In this document: one piece after another, positions 32,891-44,984 of the stretch
Layout of the letters: the number at the start of each line of letters is the position of its first letter
Numbering within the stretch: the stretch's first letter is position 1
Assembly (NCBI GenBank): GCA_963765895.1
Contig: CAVXZB010000059.1
Location: 19,789 to 83,788, forward strand
Length of the DNA stretch: 64,000 bases
Source of the DNA: an uncultured Nitrososphaeraceae archaeon
GTDB taxonomy: Archaea; Thermoproteota; Nitrososphaeria; Nitrososphaerales; Nitrososphaeraceae
Direction of reading: 5' to 3'
Translations under genes and position numbers: made by a program
The notes under the pieces: generated by a model
Database searches by the model: none
What the model was told of the DNA's origin: nothing
What the model saw: the letters and a program-made list of their open reading frames with translations, nothing else

Positions 32891-33241
32891 ATGCCTTCTC
32901 TACCAGGCCTTGGAACGAAACCTATAAACCATCTATCAACATCACATTGTTATAGGGATAGAATTTATATTATTAAGGACGTCATTCTATCTTTAGTAGA
33001 ATATGGACATCTTAACCAAACATCTTTGATTCGTTTCTGTGGTTTAAATCTAAAAAAGCACAGATCAATATTAGATGAGCTAGAATCAAATGCATTCATT
33101 AGCAGAAGTGAATACTTAATAGGGCATAGAACTATGACAATTTATAAGCCAACACAAAAAGGAATCGTATTTTGCAATAAGATAATTGTTCCATATGAAA
33201 AAGTGTTTCCAAGGGATAAAAAGCAGCTCTCTGAGATCTAA
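32891..33241 (+). CDS. winged-helix DNA-binding protein (archaeal HTH_45-like)
   Basis: YRDRIYIIKDVIL..LNQTSLIRFCGLN..YKPTQKG. Confidence 0.8.
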   Translation: MPSLPGLGTKPINHLSTSHCYRDRIYIIKDVILSLVEYGHLNQTSLIRFCGLNLKKHRSILDELESNAFISRSEYLIGHRTMTIYKPTQKGIVFCNKIIVPYEKVFPRDKKQLSEI

Positions 33242-33501
33242 GGGAACCGTGGAATCAGGAGATGGTCAAGTCAGAGAGAACAAAAATAAAAGTCATAGGA
33301 TTATCACTACGATCTCATAGGAACAACAAAGTATTGGTCACATTAATAGACCGTAGAGTATCTTGTCTTCCAGAGGACAAATCAGATATAGATTATAGTT
33401 ATAAAAGATTAATTTAGTGTAGATTATATTTTAGTAACGCTATATACAGAGAATAGAGCCGATTAGCAACTTCAACAACTAATACTATAAAATTATATTG
33501 G

Positions 33502-33945
33502 TTATGTCTCGATACCATATTCTTCTGCGATTTTTCTATCTGCTTCTTCCCTCTCTCTTTGAAATTCTCTATACCCTTTAGTCCATTTTACTACTATTGA
33601 ACGGCATTGCCTTATCCCTGCAATAATCATTGTAATAGAAATAACGATTAGCAGAACCAATAGTATTCCAAGTACGACACCAAATTCATTCTCAATTTCA
33701 AGAACTGCGAAAAATGTCGGGTGTGATATTAAAAAGAGCGAAAGGCCTATTGCAAGTGGGGCAAGAATTAGTGCAGAAACAGAAATATAAAGTAACGTTC
33801 TTCTTATCTTTAGAATTTGGAACATAACATCATCCATTGATGTGACGATATCTAATCTAGACTGCTCTGTTCTAGTTATAGCAGAGTTAGAAATAGAGAC
33901 ACTATCCTTATTATCGTGGTCATCTTGATCTTTAGCAGGATTCAT
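33502..33945 (-). CDS. two-TM membrane protein
   Basis: Two long hydrophobic helices and a charged C-terminus. Confidence 0.75.
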   Translation of the reverse strand: MNPAKDQDDHDNKDSVSISNSAITRTEQSRLDIVTSMDDVMFQILKIRRTLLYISVSALILAPLAIGLSLFLISHPTFFAVLEIENEFGVVLGILLVLLIVISITMIIAGIRQCRSIVVKWTKGYREFQREREEADRKIAEEYGIET

Positions 33946-34086
33946 CTATCTAAGTACAATGAATAAATAAGATTCATTATTTATTTGATGATTAACTTTG
34001 TTAACCTATTAAATATGAGCATTAAGTAACAATGTGAATTTACATAGATTAGCATACTTTAAGACCGTATTCGTAATATTATTGAT

Positions 34087-34338
34087 ATGAGGGAAAAGAA
34101 AGGTAATGCGATATGGCATTTCCCTGGTATTAATGCCAATTTTATTGATTCTGGACTGATCATGAAGGACACAATGGTACTTGAACATGACTTTACACAT
34201 ACGAATCTTATAGTAACGGCAAGTTGGATAATTCAGTGCATAACCTGTAAAATCTATTTCTGTAAATTATGCGGCATAGTATTAAATAATTTTCATGATT
34301 TTAAAAATCATGTATGTAGGGTCGGCTATATATCATGA
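34087..34338 (+). CDS. small Cys/His Zn-binding protein
   Basis: HDF..CITCKIYFCKLCG..HVC. Confidence 0.55.
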   Translation: MREKKGNAIWHFPGINANFIDSGLIMKDTMVLEHDFTHTNLIVTASWIIQCITCKIYFCKLCGIVLNNFHDFKNHVCRVGYIS

Positions 34339-34636
34339 TTTTTCTTCTCTGATGAATGGATATTATGTAATATCCTAGAATAATATTAATTAAGAGAATT
34401 ATATTATGACCATCCTTCTATACTTAACACTAGTATATTACCAAATTTGGATAAATAATTTAGAAATATCCATTTGTTTGTTATATAAAATATCATCCTA
34501 ACAAATGTGCACACAAATGCTTTCATCGCCGTTGAGACTCATCTAATCTAACTAACCTAGAATTGCTCGTTTTGAGTTAGCGGCGATGCTTTAAGTTGAC
34601 TGGGCTGAGATTGACTGATAGTGGGACATCTTAATT

Positions 34637-34804
34637 CTATGTTTTCTCATCTTTAAGTAACTTGTAAATTCTCTCAATAAATAAATCAAACTCGGTATTG
34701 TCTTCACGATTTGTATGCCTTCTTTCTGACAAATACCAACTTAAGCTAGCATAAATCCACTCTAATTCTTTCTTTGAGACTTGGATGCTAATCATTCTTT
34801 TCAT
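34637..34804 (-). pseudogene. small hypothetical protein (frameshifted)
   Basis: MKRMISIQVSKKELEWIYASLK/WYLSEK..FDLFIERIYKLLKDEKT*. Confidence 0.45.
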
Positions 34805-35217
34805 AGCACACTCCTATCACTAGTAGTTGTACCTATCATATAGATCTGCTTAAAGGATTAGTAACGAAGTTCAATGTCGCTATCCCCAAATGAGACTGCA
34901 ATTCCCAGTATAATTGGGCTCTAGTAATGTTTTGTTCATCTTAAAATGAGGTATTATTCATATATAAAATAACTTCTTAGTATTATTTCTAGAAGAGTTT
35001 TCTACACTATTTTTTTTGAAACAGGTTTTTATCTCATTCTAGATGAGAATAAAAATAAAGTCAATGGTATGATTTTTTCTTTTCATCACTTTACAGAAAG
35101 AAAGAAATTTTCATCAAAGGATGGTTAAAGTATTGTTGAGATCCATTCCGTAAGTAACTAAGTTTACCGCCCTATAAAGATCAGATTACAAGAATGGCAA
35201 ATATTTATAAGAAAATC

Positions 35218-35400
35218 TACATTCAGTTTGCTCGTAAGATAGGTATGAACGTCATTACTATCACGCAAGGAAATGATAGACAGGGTTAGCAAAAGAACTT
35301 GGTGCCAGGTTTTACTTTGATAGTCAGCCCAGAATGCTGTTAAAGAACTTGGTAATCTGGGGGGCCCTAAGGTTATTCTTGCAAATCTGCTGGGGAAAAG
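35218..35400 (+). pseudogene. Zn-dependent alcohol dehydrogenase internal fragment
   Basis: IQFARKIGMNVITITQGNDR..LAKELGARFYFDSQ..ELGNLGGPKVILA. Confidence 0.6.
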
Positions 35401-35535
35401 CAACGAGTACCATGTAATTGTTAGGTTTGGTATAAGTGATAAACTCATCAAATAATGCTTCGGATGAACTTCTTGAGATATCTCAAACTTACAAACAGAT
35501 CAATCAGAGTAAAAATATTATATGAAAGAAGTTTA

Positions 35536-37089
35536 TTACTTATTGACTGGAACTATTCTGTATATTGTTCCTTGTTTTTCGTCAAACGTTAATACATATA
35601 GGTAGCCATCATAAGGGCTTACCTTAAGATCTGTAATACCACCAAAGCCTTTTCCAAATATTATTTGATCAAAAGAATCAGAACTGTTTGCAACCCCATC
35701 TGCAAGTTGACCGGTCGGGAGTAGTAATCGTTTCCTTTGGAGGTCTAGTTTGAAGTGATAAATATTTCCATTTTTCGCATCAGCAACAAACATATCATTT
35801 TCATATAGATTTCCCATCTTGTTAGAATTAAGGAATGTAATCCCGGTCGGAACGACTTTCCGAAACCAAGTAAATTGGGGTGGATGATATTTTCCTTTCC
35901 CACCAAAATTGACCAAGTCATTTGGATGAAGAGATGCAACATGCTGCTTTTCAGTTTGATCTATATTAAATCCATGTAGCCATATGCCATCAATACGATT
36001 GTAGCCACTGTTAAATCCAGGGAAAACCAAATTGATTTCATCACCAAATGGTAAACCAATTTGTGTATCCCAGAGAATTCTTGTTATAGGATCGAAAGCA
36101 AGTCCAAAACTATTCCATATCCCGTAGGAATAGTAAAGATTTAATGGAAATTTATTTCCTAAAATGCCAGGTAATATTGGCTGACCATTTTGAGTAACTC
36201 TGAGTATCCCGCTAGTTCCATCAGGTTCACTTCCATTTTGGATATTCTGTGCTTTAGTATTATGTCCATTAATTCCAACGTCACCTATGGTAACATATAC
36301 ATTATTATCAGGCCCGATAATCACCTTACCGCCATCACCGATAGCCCCCGGAGTTGCTGGAAGATCTAACAATAATTTTGGATTTACTAACTTATTACCG
36401 ATCAATTCATATCTATATAGTCGGTTACCCAATGGCTGTTTTCCTTCGGTAATATCATCACTGGTATGAATCTGGCCTTGAGTATAGTATAGGAAAACAT
36501 TAGCTATAGTAGTAGTCTTATTATGATGACTATTAGGATCTCTGGGGGCTGTAGTGATAGAAGAATGAGGAGCAATTGTGATACCTAACATACCTCTATG
36601 ACCATACGTGGCAACACTTACATTAAGTAAAGGTTGTTGCAGTTCGGTACCATCTACAATTCTTCTTACTATGCCTTCATCTTTCTCTGTGACTAAAATA
36701 TCGTTAGGGCCTAAAAAGGCCATGCTGGTTGGATATCCTAATCCTCTGAAAACCACTTGTGTCTTTAGCTTGGGATTAAGTATTGTTGGTCCTTTAGGAA
36801 ATGGGAGAGCAACTTCGGGATATTTTGATGCTATTGGTTTGGCAAAAGCACTATGATTAATTTGTAGTATAAACTGTAGAAATTTATTTGATGTAGATGT
36901 AGATGTAGAAGTCAGAATGATTAAGATTGTAACCAAAATTATACTCGCTACGCATAACGACAATAGCGACATGAAATGTGGCATTATGAACTCATAGAAT
37001 ATACCAAGGTAGTTTCCTATATCTATTGAGTTGGCAATATGTATAGAAAGTAGGACCTTGGAGTGCCGCAACACCGTCTTCTCCACCAT
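35536..37089 (-). CDS. secreted PQQ-dependent sugar (glucose/sorbosone) dehydrogenase; true start probably ~36986
   Basis: PTSMAFLGPNDILV, RGMLGI, GGKVIIGPD, YGIWNSFGLAFDP, DEINLV, GGITDLKVSP. Confidence 0.9.
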   Translation of the reverse strand: MVEKTVLRHSKVLLSIHIANSIDIGNYLGIFYEFIMPHFMSLLSLCVASIILVTILIILTSTSTSTSNKFLQFILQINHSAFAKPIASKYPEVALPFPKGPTILNPKLKTQVVFRGLGYPTSMAFLGPNDILVTEKDEGIVRRIVDGTELQQPLLNVSVATYGHRGMLGITIAPHSSITTAPRDPNSHHNKTTTIANVFLYYTQGQIHTSDDITEGKQPLGNRLYRYELIGNKLVNPKLLLDLPATPGAIGDGGKVIIGPDNNVYVTIGDVGINGHNTKAQNIQNGSEPDGTSGILRVTQNGQPILPGILGNKFPLNLYYSYGIWNSFGLAFDPITRILWDTQIGLPFGDEINLVFPGFNSGYNRIDGIWLHGFNIDQTEKQHVASLHPNDLVNFGGKGKYHPPQFTWFRKVVPTGITFLNSNKMGNLYENDMFVADAKNGNIYHFKLDLQRKRLLLPTGQLADGVANSSDSFDQIIFGKGFGGITDLKVSPYDGYLYVLTFDEKQGTIYRIVPVNK

Positions 37090-37964
37090 TGATGCCCTTG
37101 GTATTTTATAGCATTATTTAATAGGTTGGAAATAACTCGCGTGAATCCTTCTCTATCTACCCCTCAACTATAATATCTTCCTTGTTATTGTCATATATCT
37201 ATATCCATAACAATTGGCTGTTGTAACATCCACTATAGAACGAGCTATAAGAATTGTATGTCCTTGTTGCGAATCAAAGTCTGAATAAAGCCGACTTATC
37301 AAAACATATAGATAGAATACACCTAGGAGGTGGACTTCTTGGTTGAGATATGGGAGAGTAGTAACAGCTTTATTATGAGAATTAAGAATAATGAGTTTTT
37401 TATTATCTCCCACAGTGGTCAGATAAATGTACTATTGTTAATGTCCATGTGTCTATATTTATGCTAAATGTGTAACTGAAGTCTCATTTGTTACTAGTAG
37501 ATGGTTACTTGTAATCTATGAGATATTCATGTGACATAGAATGATCGAAGTGTTACCGAATGTAATATAATTAAATAACTTTTTCAGGCAATATTAATGT
37601 ATTAAAGCAAGGAGATCAAGTTACTTTCACAACTTATCTAACTCCTTTCATAAATACCATGATATTCAGTTGTGTGCACCTGATGGCATTAAACATGAGA
37701 CCTGAAACTGTGCTTAGCATAACTAGCAAAGGGAAGAATTTATTTAAGTCCAGGACATTATGGAATCACATATTCTAGACCTTTTAAAAATATTATTATT
37801 ATTATAATATACATTGAAGCGCTACTGATACAACAAAATAGTTTCGAGTAATAATACAATTTGAGGTAGCTTGCTAATATAAAATAACATATAATAAGCG
37901 TAAGAAGTACAAGCCAATTCAAAGATCACATTGGGACCTATGATAGAATTATGGTTTACTCAAA

Positions 37965-40568
37965 ATGGCTAATACAGTAATATATCTTGTACCACATACG
38001 CATTATGACGCAATATGGGTATTCAATAAGGAAGACTACTACTATATCAATATAGAATTTATTCTAAAGCAGGCTGTGCAGCTAATGAAGACCACAGATT
38101 ACAAGTTCCTGATCGAACAAACTTTTCTTTTAGAGCACATCGAAAATGAGTATCCAGAACTCTTTACTGACATAAAGACTTTAGCAAGAGAAAACAAAAT
38201 TGAGGTGGCTGGTGGGCAGTACCTATTATCAGATGTAATGCTGCCTGATGGAGAGGTGTTGATAAAAGAGATAGTAGAGGGGAAAAAATATGTCAAGGAA
38301 AAACTGCATCAAGATGTTCTTGTTGCGTGGGGATCTGATGAATTTGGATTTAATGCACAATGGCCACAGATTCTGCGGGGTTGTGGATACAAATATTTTG
38401 CGTTTAGGAGAGGTCTGGATAAACCCAAACCATCAGAATTTTTGTGGGAAGGGTTAGACGGATCCAGCATTATTTGCCATTGGATGCCTTTGGGATATAG
38501 AGCAGGCCTTGATCTAACAACATTGGATAAATCTTATAATGAATTAAGAAAGTTTGCAGCATCTAATCAGATTTTAATGCCTTCTGGTAGCGGAGTGATG
38601 GGCCCACAGCCAGAAACCTCGGCTGTGGTAAAGAAATGGAATGAACATGATCATCAAGATAACGCGAGGATGATTATCGCAACACCACTAGAATTTTTCA
38701 AATCTTTAGAAAAGGAGAAAGTTGACTTCCAGATAAGAAAGGGCGAAATGTATTCAGGCAGACTGTCTGAAGTGTTTCCTGATAGTACCTCATCAAGGAT
38801 GTGGATTAAACAACGTACAAAAAAATATGAAAGCTCTCTACTCACATTAGAAAGGTTGGATACTATTTGTAATTTGGAAGGATGTGCTAGTATTCTAACA
38901 CCAGATCAGCTTAAGGAATATTGGAAAAAGATTCTTTTTATAGCCATGCACGATGCATTACCAGGCACAGGAATTGACGAAGTATATGAAGAAATCAGAA
39001 ATATATTTGATGATGTAGAGAATACATTAAGCAAAACTATTTTGGCTCATGTTAGTGAACTGGGTAAGAGCGTAAAGGGTGAACCTGATCTGATTATATT
39101 TAACCCACTTTCATGGGAGGTCAGAAATTGGTGCGAGTCTGATTTAGAATTTGATGAAGGTATAGTCAAAGGGATTGTAGGCTTGAATTCGGTAAAAGAT
39201 GATGCTGAGAATAGTGGAGAAACATTTGATCTGGAGACTCTAGATCATACTCTTCATCCGGATGGAAGTATTAAGACGATAAGAATAGGTTTTATTCCTA
39301 CAGTACCTGCTTTAGGATTCTCCACATATAAAATAATTAAAGGTGGAAATTGGTCTAGGAGTGATTCTAGTACTATTCATTCTTCCAACGAGATAGGTTT
39401 TAAGCAGAAGATTATTGATGGTTTTGAAATACAAGTAGATCCTGATAATGGGGTTGTTACTGTGTTTAAGAATGATATAATGTATTTTAAGGGAAATGAA
39501 CTAAGTGTAGAGGAAGAATTAGGTGATCTATATTATCATAGGGGAAATCTAGGATTACTTAAGTCTGAAACTGGAAAAGGAGTCAAATATGGTGCCTTTA
39601 AAGCAGACAATTTTAGAACATCAAAAGGCAAATTAAGGTCCCATATTACATTGGATAGTAATTATTATGCACTGCGTTGGCCATATAGATTGACCGATAA
39701 ATTAAAGCCAGTATTGTTTAGACATAAATACATAGAGATAAAGAAAGAAATAATTATATACAATGAATTGTCGCGTATCGATTTTATAACACACATACAT
39801 GACCGACATCCCCATTCTCGAATTAGAGTGGGATTTGAAACTCCAATAAACTCTAAAAGCTACTGGTCAGGAACGCAGTTTGGTGCGATAAGAAGAAAGA
39901 CAAATCAATTTTATTCTAGCCAAAAGAATACGAAAATGAGTGAAAAGCCAACAGGAGTCTTTCCTTCACTTGAATGGATTGATTATTCAAACGATAACCA
40001 TGGAGTAAGCGTCTTACACCAAGGGATTCCGTCTCATGAAATTAGAGATCATTCAATTTATTTAACATTATTACGAAGTGTAGTCGTACTCTCCTCAGAT
40101 GGGATAATGGGACCATGCGTACCAACTCTTGATGCAGCTGAAATAAGACCATACACATTCAGATATTCGGTACTACCTCATGATGGTGATTGGAAAAAGG
40201 CAGCAAGTTACCGATATGGAATGGAGATTAATATGCCATTAGTTTCAATACAAATCACGAAGAAGATCGGAGATACTAAACGTAAGAATAGATATCTTGG
40301 TAGATTCTCTTTTTTGGAAATCAGACCTAAAAACATTCTCCTTAGTGCACTTAGGATGAGTGAAGATAACAAGTCAGTTATCGTTAGACTTTTTGAGACA
40401 GAAGGAAAAAGAGCTGTTGCCAGTCTAAAATTTAGCAAAATTATAAAATCAGTAGTCATTACAGACTTAGTCGAAAATGAGATTAAAAAGCTTAAACAAT
40501 TTAAAAATGATACCTTACAAATAGAAGTCGAACCATATAAAATTGTCACCTTAAAGTTGGAATTTTAG
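37965..40568 (+). CDS. GH38 alpha-mannosidase
   Basis: HTHYDAIW, WGSDEFG, HDALPGT, IFNPL, TLLRS, IVRLFET; intact 867 aa. Confidence 0.92.
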   Translation: MANTVIYLVPHTHYDAIWVFNKEDYYYINIEFILKQAVQLMKTTDYKFLIEQTFLLEHIENEYPELFTDIKTLARENKIEVAGGQYLLSDVMLPDGEVLIKEIVEGKKYVKEKLHQDVLVAWGSDEFGFNAQWPQILRGCGYKYFAFRRGLDKPKPSEFLWEGLDGSSIICHWMPLGYRAGLDLTTLDKSYNELRKFAASNQILMPSGSGVMGPQPETSAVVKKWNEHDHQDNARMIIATPLEFFKSLEKEKVDFQIRKGEMYSGRLSEVFPDSTSSRMWIKQRTKKYESSLLTLERLDTICNLEGCASILTPDQLKEYWKKILFIAMHDALPGTGIDEVYEEIRNIFDDVENTLSKTILAHVSELGKSVKGEPDLIIFNPLSWEVRNWCESDLEFDEGIVKGIVGLNSVKDDAENSGETFDLETLDHTLHPDGSIKTIRIGFIPTVPALGFSTYKIIKGGNWSRSDSSTIHSSNEIGFKQKIIDGFEIQVDPDNGVVTVFKNDIMYFKGNELSVEEELGDLYYHRGNLGLLKSETGKGVKYGAFKADNFRTSKGKLRSHITLDSNYYALRWPYRLTDKLKPVLFRHKYIEIKKEIIIYNELSRIDFITHIHDRHPHSRIRVGFETPINSKSYWSGTQFGAIRRKTNQFYSSQKNTKMSEKPTGVFPSLEWIDYSNDNHGVSVLHQGIPSHEIRDHSIYLTLLRSVVVLSSDGIMGPCVPTLDAAEIRPYTFRYSVLPHDGDWKKAASYRYGMEINMPLVSIQITKKIGDTKRKNRYLGRFSFLEIRPKNILLSALRMSEDNKSVIVRLFETEGKRAVASLKFSKIIKSVVITDLVENEIKKLKQFKNDTLQIEVEPYKIVTLKLEF

Positions 40569-41255
40569 TACTTCTTCTTTCCTTTTTTTGGCTTCCACGA
40601 TAACATGGCCATTTGGATTGACTATAATACTACCACCGATACTCACTAACCCATTATGCATACCTACAGCATCGGCCTTGGCGACATATATCTTATTTTC
40701 TAATGCTCTAACTATGGGAAATGATTTGTTTTTTCTCTCTTTTTTTAATGCTTCTTCTTTACTATAATAATGCGATGATAAATAGAATAAGATTTTAACA
40801 TGTCTGTATTTCATTGCTAGCATAGGGTTATTTTGATCTCTACATATAAGGACACCACACTTGATTCCGTTTATATCAAATACAAGTGTAGTTTTGCCTA
40901 TAGCGAAATATTTCTTGTCGTATTCTGTCAAGTTGTTCTTATAGTATGTTAATAAAGATGTATTTGGTCTAATGACTAAAGCACTATTATAGATTCTACT
41001 ATTCGAATACCATGATGAACCAACCACGAGAGAAATGCCGTATGAATTTGATGCTTGCTGCAACTTTTCTATCCCATTTCTTATTTGTTCCCATTTCATT
41101 TTGTGATGGTCAACTATGTAACCGGAGAGAGCACATTCAGGAAAACATAAAAGGTCCAATTTACTTTTATGGGCATCGCGAATATGGCTTAGGATCTTTA
41201 ACACGTTCTTGTTTATTTCTGATGTTAATCGCATTTGTATGATTCCGATTCGCAT
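40551..41255 (-). CDS. carbon-nitrogen hydrolase (nitrilase family)
   Basis: CFPECALSGY, YYK, GVLICRD catalytic E-K-C triad; RALEN; likely start MRIGIIQM. Confidence 0.88.
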   Translation of the reverse strand: MRIGIIQMRLTSEINKNVLKILSHIRDAHKSKLDLLCFPECALSGYIVDHHKMKWEQIRNGIEKLQQASNSYGISLVVGSSWYSNSRIYNSALVIRPNTSLLTYYKNNLTEYDKKYFAIGKTTLVFDINGIKCGVLICRDQNNPMLAMKYRHVKILFYLSSHYYSKEEALKKERKNKSFPIVRALENKIYVAKADAVGMHNGLVSIGGSIIVNPNGHVIVEAKKRKEEVLKFQL

Positions 41256-42053
41256 ATTACTATCTACTGTTAATAATTCAGAAAACCTATCTAAAAACTT
41301 AAGCATATTGCACAGTGTTGAAGAATTCACTCTATAGATATCGTGTCAATTATAGATCTTGAATTGCACTCAACATCATCAATTTCATCCTTGATACTGA
41401 TATAATCCATTGTCTTGTTCGTTCATCGTCAGGAAATTCCTGCCATGAATGTGTACCTACACTACTCTGTGCATATAGTGAATTGTCCTTGATTGTTATT
41501 GCCGTATGGTTTTGCGCATAACTCATAGACAAGTATTGTCTCGAGCTTTTGCTTTTGCTGCTTCTTCTGCTTTTCAGTTATAATCACAACTCTATAAGCT
41601 AGCGCAAATGTTATTCATTACTGATCACCGTGCTGCAAGACTGCGACAACTATGCTCATATTAATACTTTATCTGTACAAAAATTTGATCACTTTAGGCG
41701 CATTTAGTTAATTCTTTTGAACCAAGTATAATCAATCCATATGCCATATAGGGGTATCATGATATACTCAACCCACAGCTAATACGCCGCCTGTTGTAGA
41801 CACCAATAACACTAACAATAACAATGCCAGGACTACAACCACAACAATATCAAGAGTAACCCAACTGGTCAACGGGCTAACCAATTGATGAGCCATCGGC
41901 TACAACTATTGTAAAACTACAAGCAGATGGTAACGAGTATATTAGTATGGGAAAAACAAAGCTAAATGTAAAGATACTATCTACTATTATGTAATGTTTT
42001 TTAGAACTGTGACCCTACAATTTTTATTGTTGAAATACTATAGTTAAATTTTT

Positions 42054-44036
42054 TTGCAAAAAGACAAAAGTTATATCGATAGTAATATTACTAACAATAT
42101 ATTAACAATTTACAATTACCCTCTAAAAGTAAGTAAAATTGTATTATTTGCAAGAAGATATCCTATACCAGTTTTTGCAGTTTTGGGATTACTCTTAGGT
42201 GCCATCTATTATGTATCAGATCAATCTGTTGCGGGACAATGGATTTGGTTTTCGACATTAATTATTGGAGGAATTCCTGTTGTGTGGGGTACTATAAAGG
42301 GAATGATCCATCGTCATTTTGCTTCTGATATAGTAGCAATGCTGGCAATTATTGCAGCTATCTTAACAAATGAAGCTTCACCGGGAGTAGTTATTGTCAT
42401 AATGCAAACTGGTGGTAAAGCACTAGAGGATTATGCATTTAGAAGAGCTTCATCTTCGCTGGATGAATTAATGGCTAGATCTCCACGCATTGCATATAGA
42501 AAAATGAGGAAAGTAAATAATAACAACAATAGTACTAATTATGACGGTATTGAAGATCAAAGATTAGAAGAAATAAAAGTAACCGATGTTCGAATCGGTG
42601 ATTTACTTGTAGTACGATCGGGCGATCTTATTCCTGTCGATGGAATGATAATCTCCGGTCGAGCACAAATTGATGAATCCGCACTTACTGGAGAACCTTT
42701 ACCAAAAAACAAAGGCGTTAGTGATGAGGTCTTTAGTGGCACTATTAATGCAGGAGGAAATGCCTTTGAAATTCAAGCCAGTAAAGTTAGCGAGGATAGT
42801 CAGTATGCTAAAATAGTGCAGCTAGTGCGGAAAGCCCAAGAAGAGAAAGCCCCAATACAACGGCTTGCAGATAGATATGCATTATGGTTTACTCCAATAA
42901 CACTAGCAATAAGTGGATTTGGTTGGCTCATAACACAAAATCCACAGACTATCTTATCTGTCCTTGTTGTTGCTACTCCATGTTCACTTATATTTGCAAC
43001 TCCTGTAGCTATTATGAGTGGAATAAATAGATGTGCAAAGATAGGAATTATAATAAAGACTGGAGCTGCAATTGAACAGATAGGTAAATCACAAGCAGTT
43101 GTATTTGATAAAACAGGCACTATTACTTACGGATCTCCTGTTGTAGAGGACATTGTTGTTTTAACAAAAGGTGGCAAAATAATACAAGAAGAGGTCGATA
43201 ATAATAGTATTAATAACAATAATAACAATACTGTCATTACTAACAACAATAACAATGCTTCAGATGATCTATTACTCAAAGCTGCTGGAATAGAGCAAAT
43301 GTCTTCTCATCCAGCAGCTCGTGTAATTGTCCAAAAAGCCAAAGAAAAGTTTGGTAGTATTTTATTGGCTATTCCAAGAAATTTTCATGAAATAGCTGGG
43401 GCTGGGGTAGAAGGTGATATTAATGGTGAACACATTATAGTTGGTTCACAAAGACTTTTTGAAAATAATGACAACAATAAATATCATCATCAGGAACAGC
43501 AACAGCAGCAATTAGAATTTGATAAGAAATTACTACTAAATACTATAAAGAAACGAGGTGAAGGAAAGATGATTGCATTCATAGGTATCGACAGTCTTTT
43601 TGTAGGAGCTATAGTACTTGGTGATAAGATAAGGTCAGGAGTTGATGTGATGATGCAACGTCTTCAAAAGCTTGGAGTAAAAGAAACAGTTATGCTTACA
43701 GGAGATAGCTTTGACAGCGCAAAGGTTATTGCCAAACAAGCAGCCGTCACTAATTTTGAATTTAACCTTTTGCCGGAGCAGAAGGTATTGGCAATAAAGA
43801 AATTGAAGGAACAGTATGAGAATATTGTCATGGTTGGTGATGGAATTAACGATGCTCCTGCATTGGCAGCCGCTACAGTAGGTGTTGCCATGGGAGCTAA
43901 AGGAACAGCAATATCAGCTGAGGCCGCGGATATGGTGTTGCTAGTAGATGATGTCACGAAAGTTGCTGATGTATTAGAAATAGGTCAGAGAACAATACAA
44001 ATAGCAAAGCAGAGTATTTACGTTGGGTTAGGAGTC
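42054..44036 (+). pseudogene. heavy-metal P1B-type ATPase, C-terminally truncated by IS
   Basis: DESALTGE, ATPCSL, FDKTGT, SSHP, MLTGD, GDGINDAP; ends at GLGV where the IS begins. Confidence 0.9.
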
Positions 44037-44984
44037 GGCTATGTAGAAAACATCATCAATATTACAAGATTAGTCAGTCTATGCATATTGTAGGTGATAC
44101 ATCTAAATGATAACTCTCTGTTCTGCATTCTAGTCAATCTAGACATAAGATGCTCTCCAAATAGTCGTTTTATGACTGATATTATGGTTTCATCTTTGTT
44201 TCGTTGATTGTACAGCAATTTGGAGTAACCACGCTTCATCTGCTTTCTGTACTTACCATGTGTTCTCCACATCGGTACATGTTCATATCGAGCAGGAATA
44301 ATACTGAATGCATGTAAGTCCTCTCTTACGAGAAGGTGATTATCTTCACTATCGTAACCCTTATCAGCTGTAACTACAGATAATGGAAGAATATTTGATG
44401 TCCTTGTTATAATTGGCCTGAAATCTACATTATCATGCCTTGTTGGAGCTCGTCTTATCTTAATTGTACATATGATTTGTTGTAATACATCTACTCCAAT
44501 AGATAATTTCGCATATTTTCTTCTCAATTCTGTTCGATCAGTATAATATTGTGATGCATGAGTTATCTTAAATCCTGTTGAATCTATTCCTGCAAAGATA
44601 TGCTTGGTACAGCTAATTACAATGAATGACGAAATTATCTTTTCAAGCAATGAATTATTAATTCTATCTGTAAACTTTTGCAATGTTGTAAAATGAGGAA
44701 TACGTGACAACCGTAGAAATGACCTTAGGTAATAGGCTTCAATTAACCACTCGACAAACATTCTATAACTCTTACCTTCATACTGTCGTATAGCAACTAG
44801 AACTATGTGTTGCCATATTGTAAATATGTGATTACTTTTCCTGTTAGAAAATAGAGGAATCCTTGCATGCTTCAAAACACGGAACATAGTACCTGCAAGT
44901 CTGACGTACATTGATTCTTTCAATAGACTATTGGTATTATACTCTTACAAAGCTTTGACTGTATGAGATGGTTTCTACACAGCC
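44037..44984 (-). mobile_element. IS5-like insertion sequence, copy 1 (948 bp, no TSD)
   Basis: Imperfect TIRs GGCTATGTAGAAAACATC / GATGGTTTCTACACAGCC. Confidence 0.93.
44039..44923 (-). CDS. IS5-family (DDE_Tnp_1) transposase
   Basis: GIDSTG, ADKGYDSE, YNQRNKDETIISVIKR. Confidence 0.93.
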   Translation of the reverse strand: MKESMYVRLAGTMFRVLKHARIPLFSNRKSNHIFTIWQHIVLVAIRQYEGKSYRMFVEWLIEAYYLRSFLRLSRIPHFTTLQKFTDRINNSLLEKIISSFIVISCTKHIFAGIDSTGFKITHASQYYTDRTELRRKYAKLSIGVDVLQQIICTIKIRRAPTRHDNVDFRPIITRTSNILPLSVVTADKGYDSEDNHLLVREDLHAFSIIPARYEHVPMWRTHGKYRKQMKRGYSKLLYNQRNKDETIISVIKRLFGEHLMSRLTRMQNRELSFRCITYNMHRLTNLVILMMFST

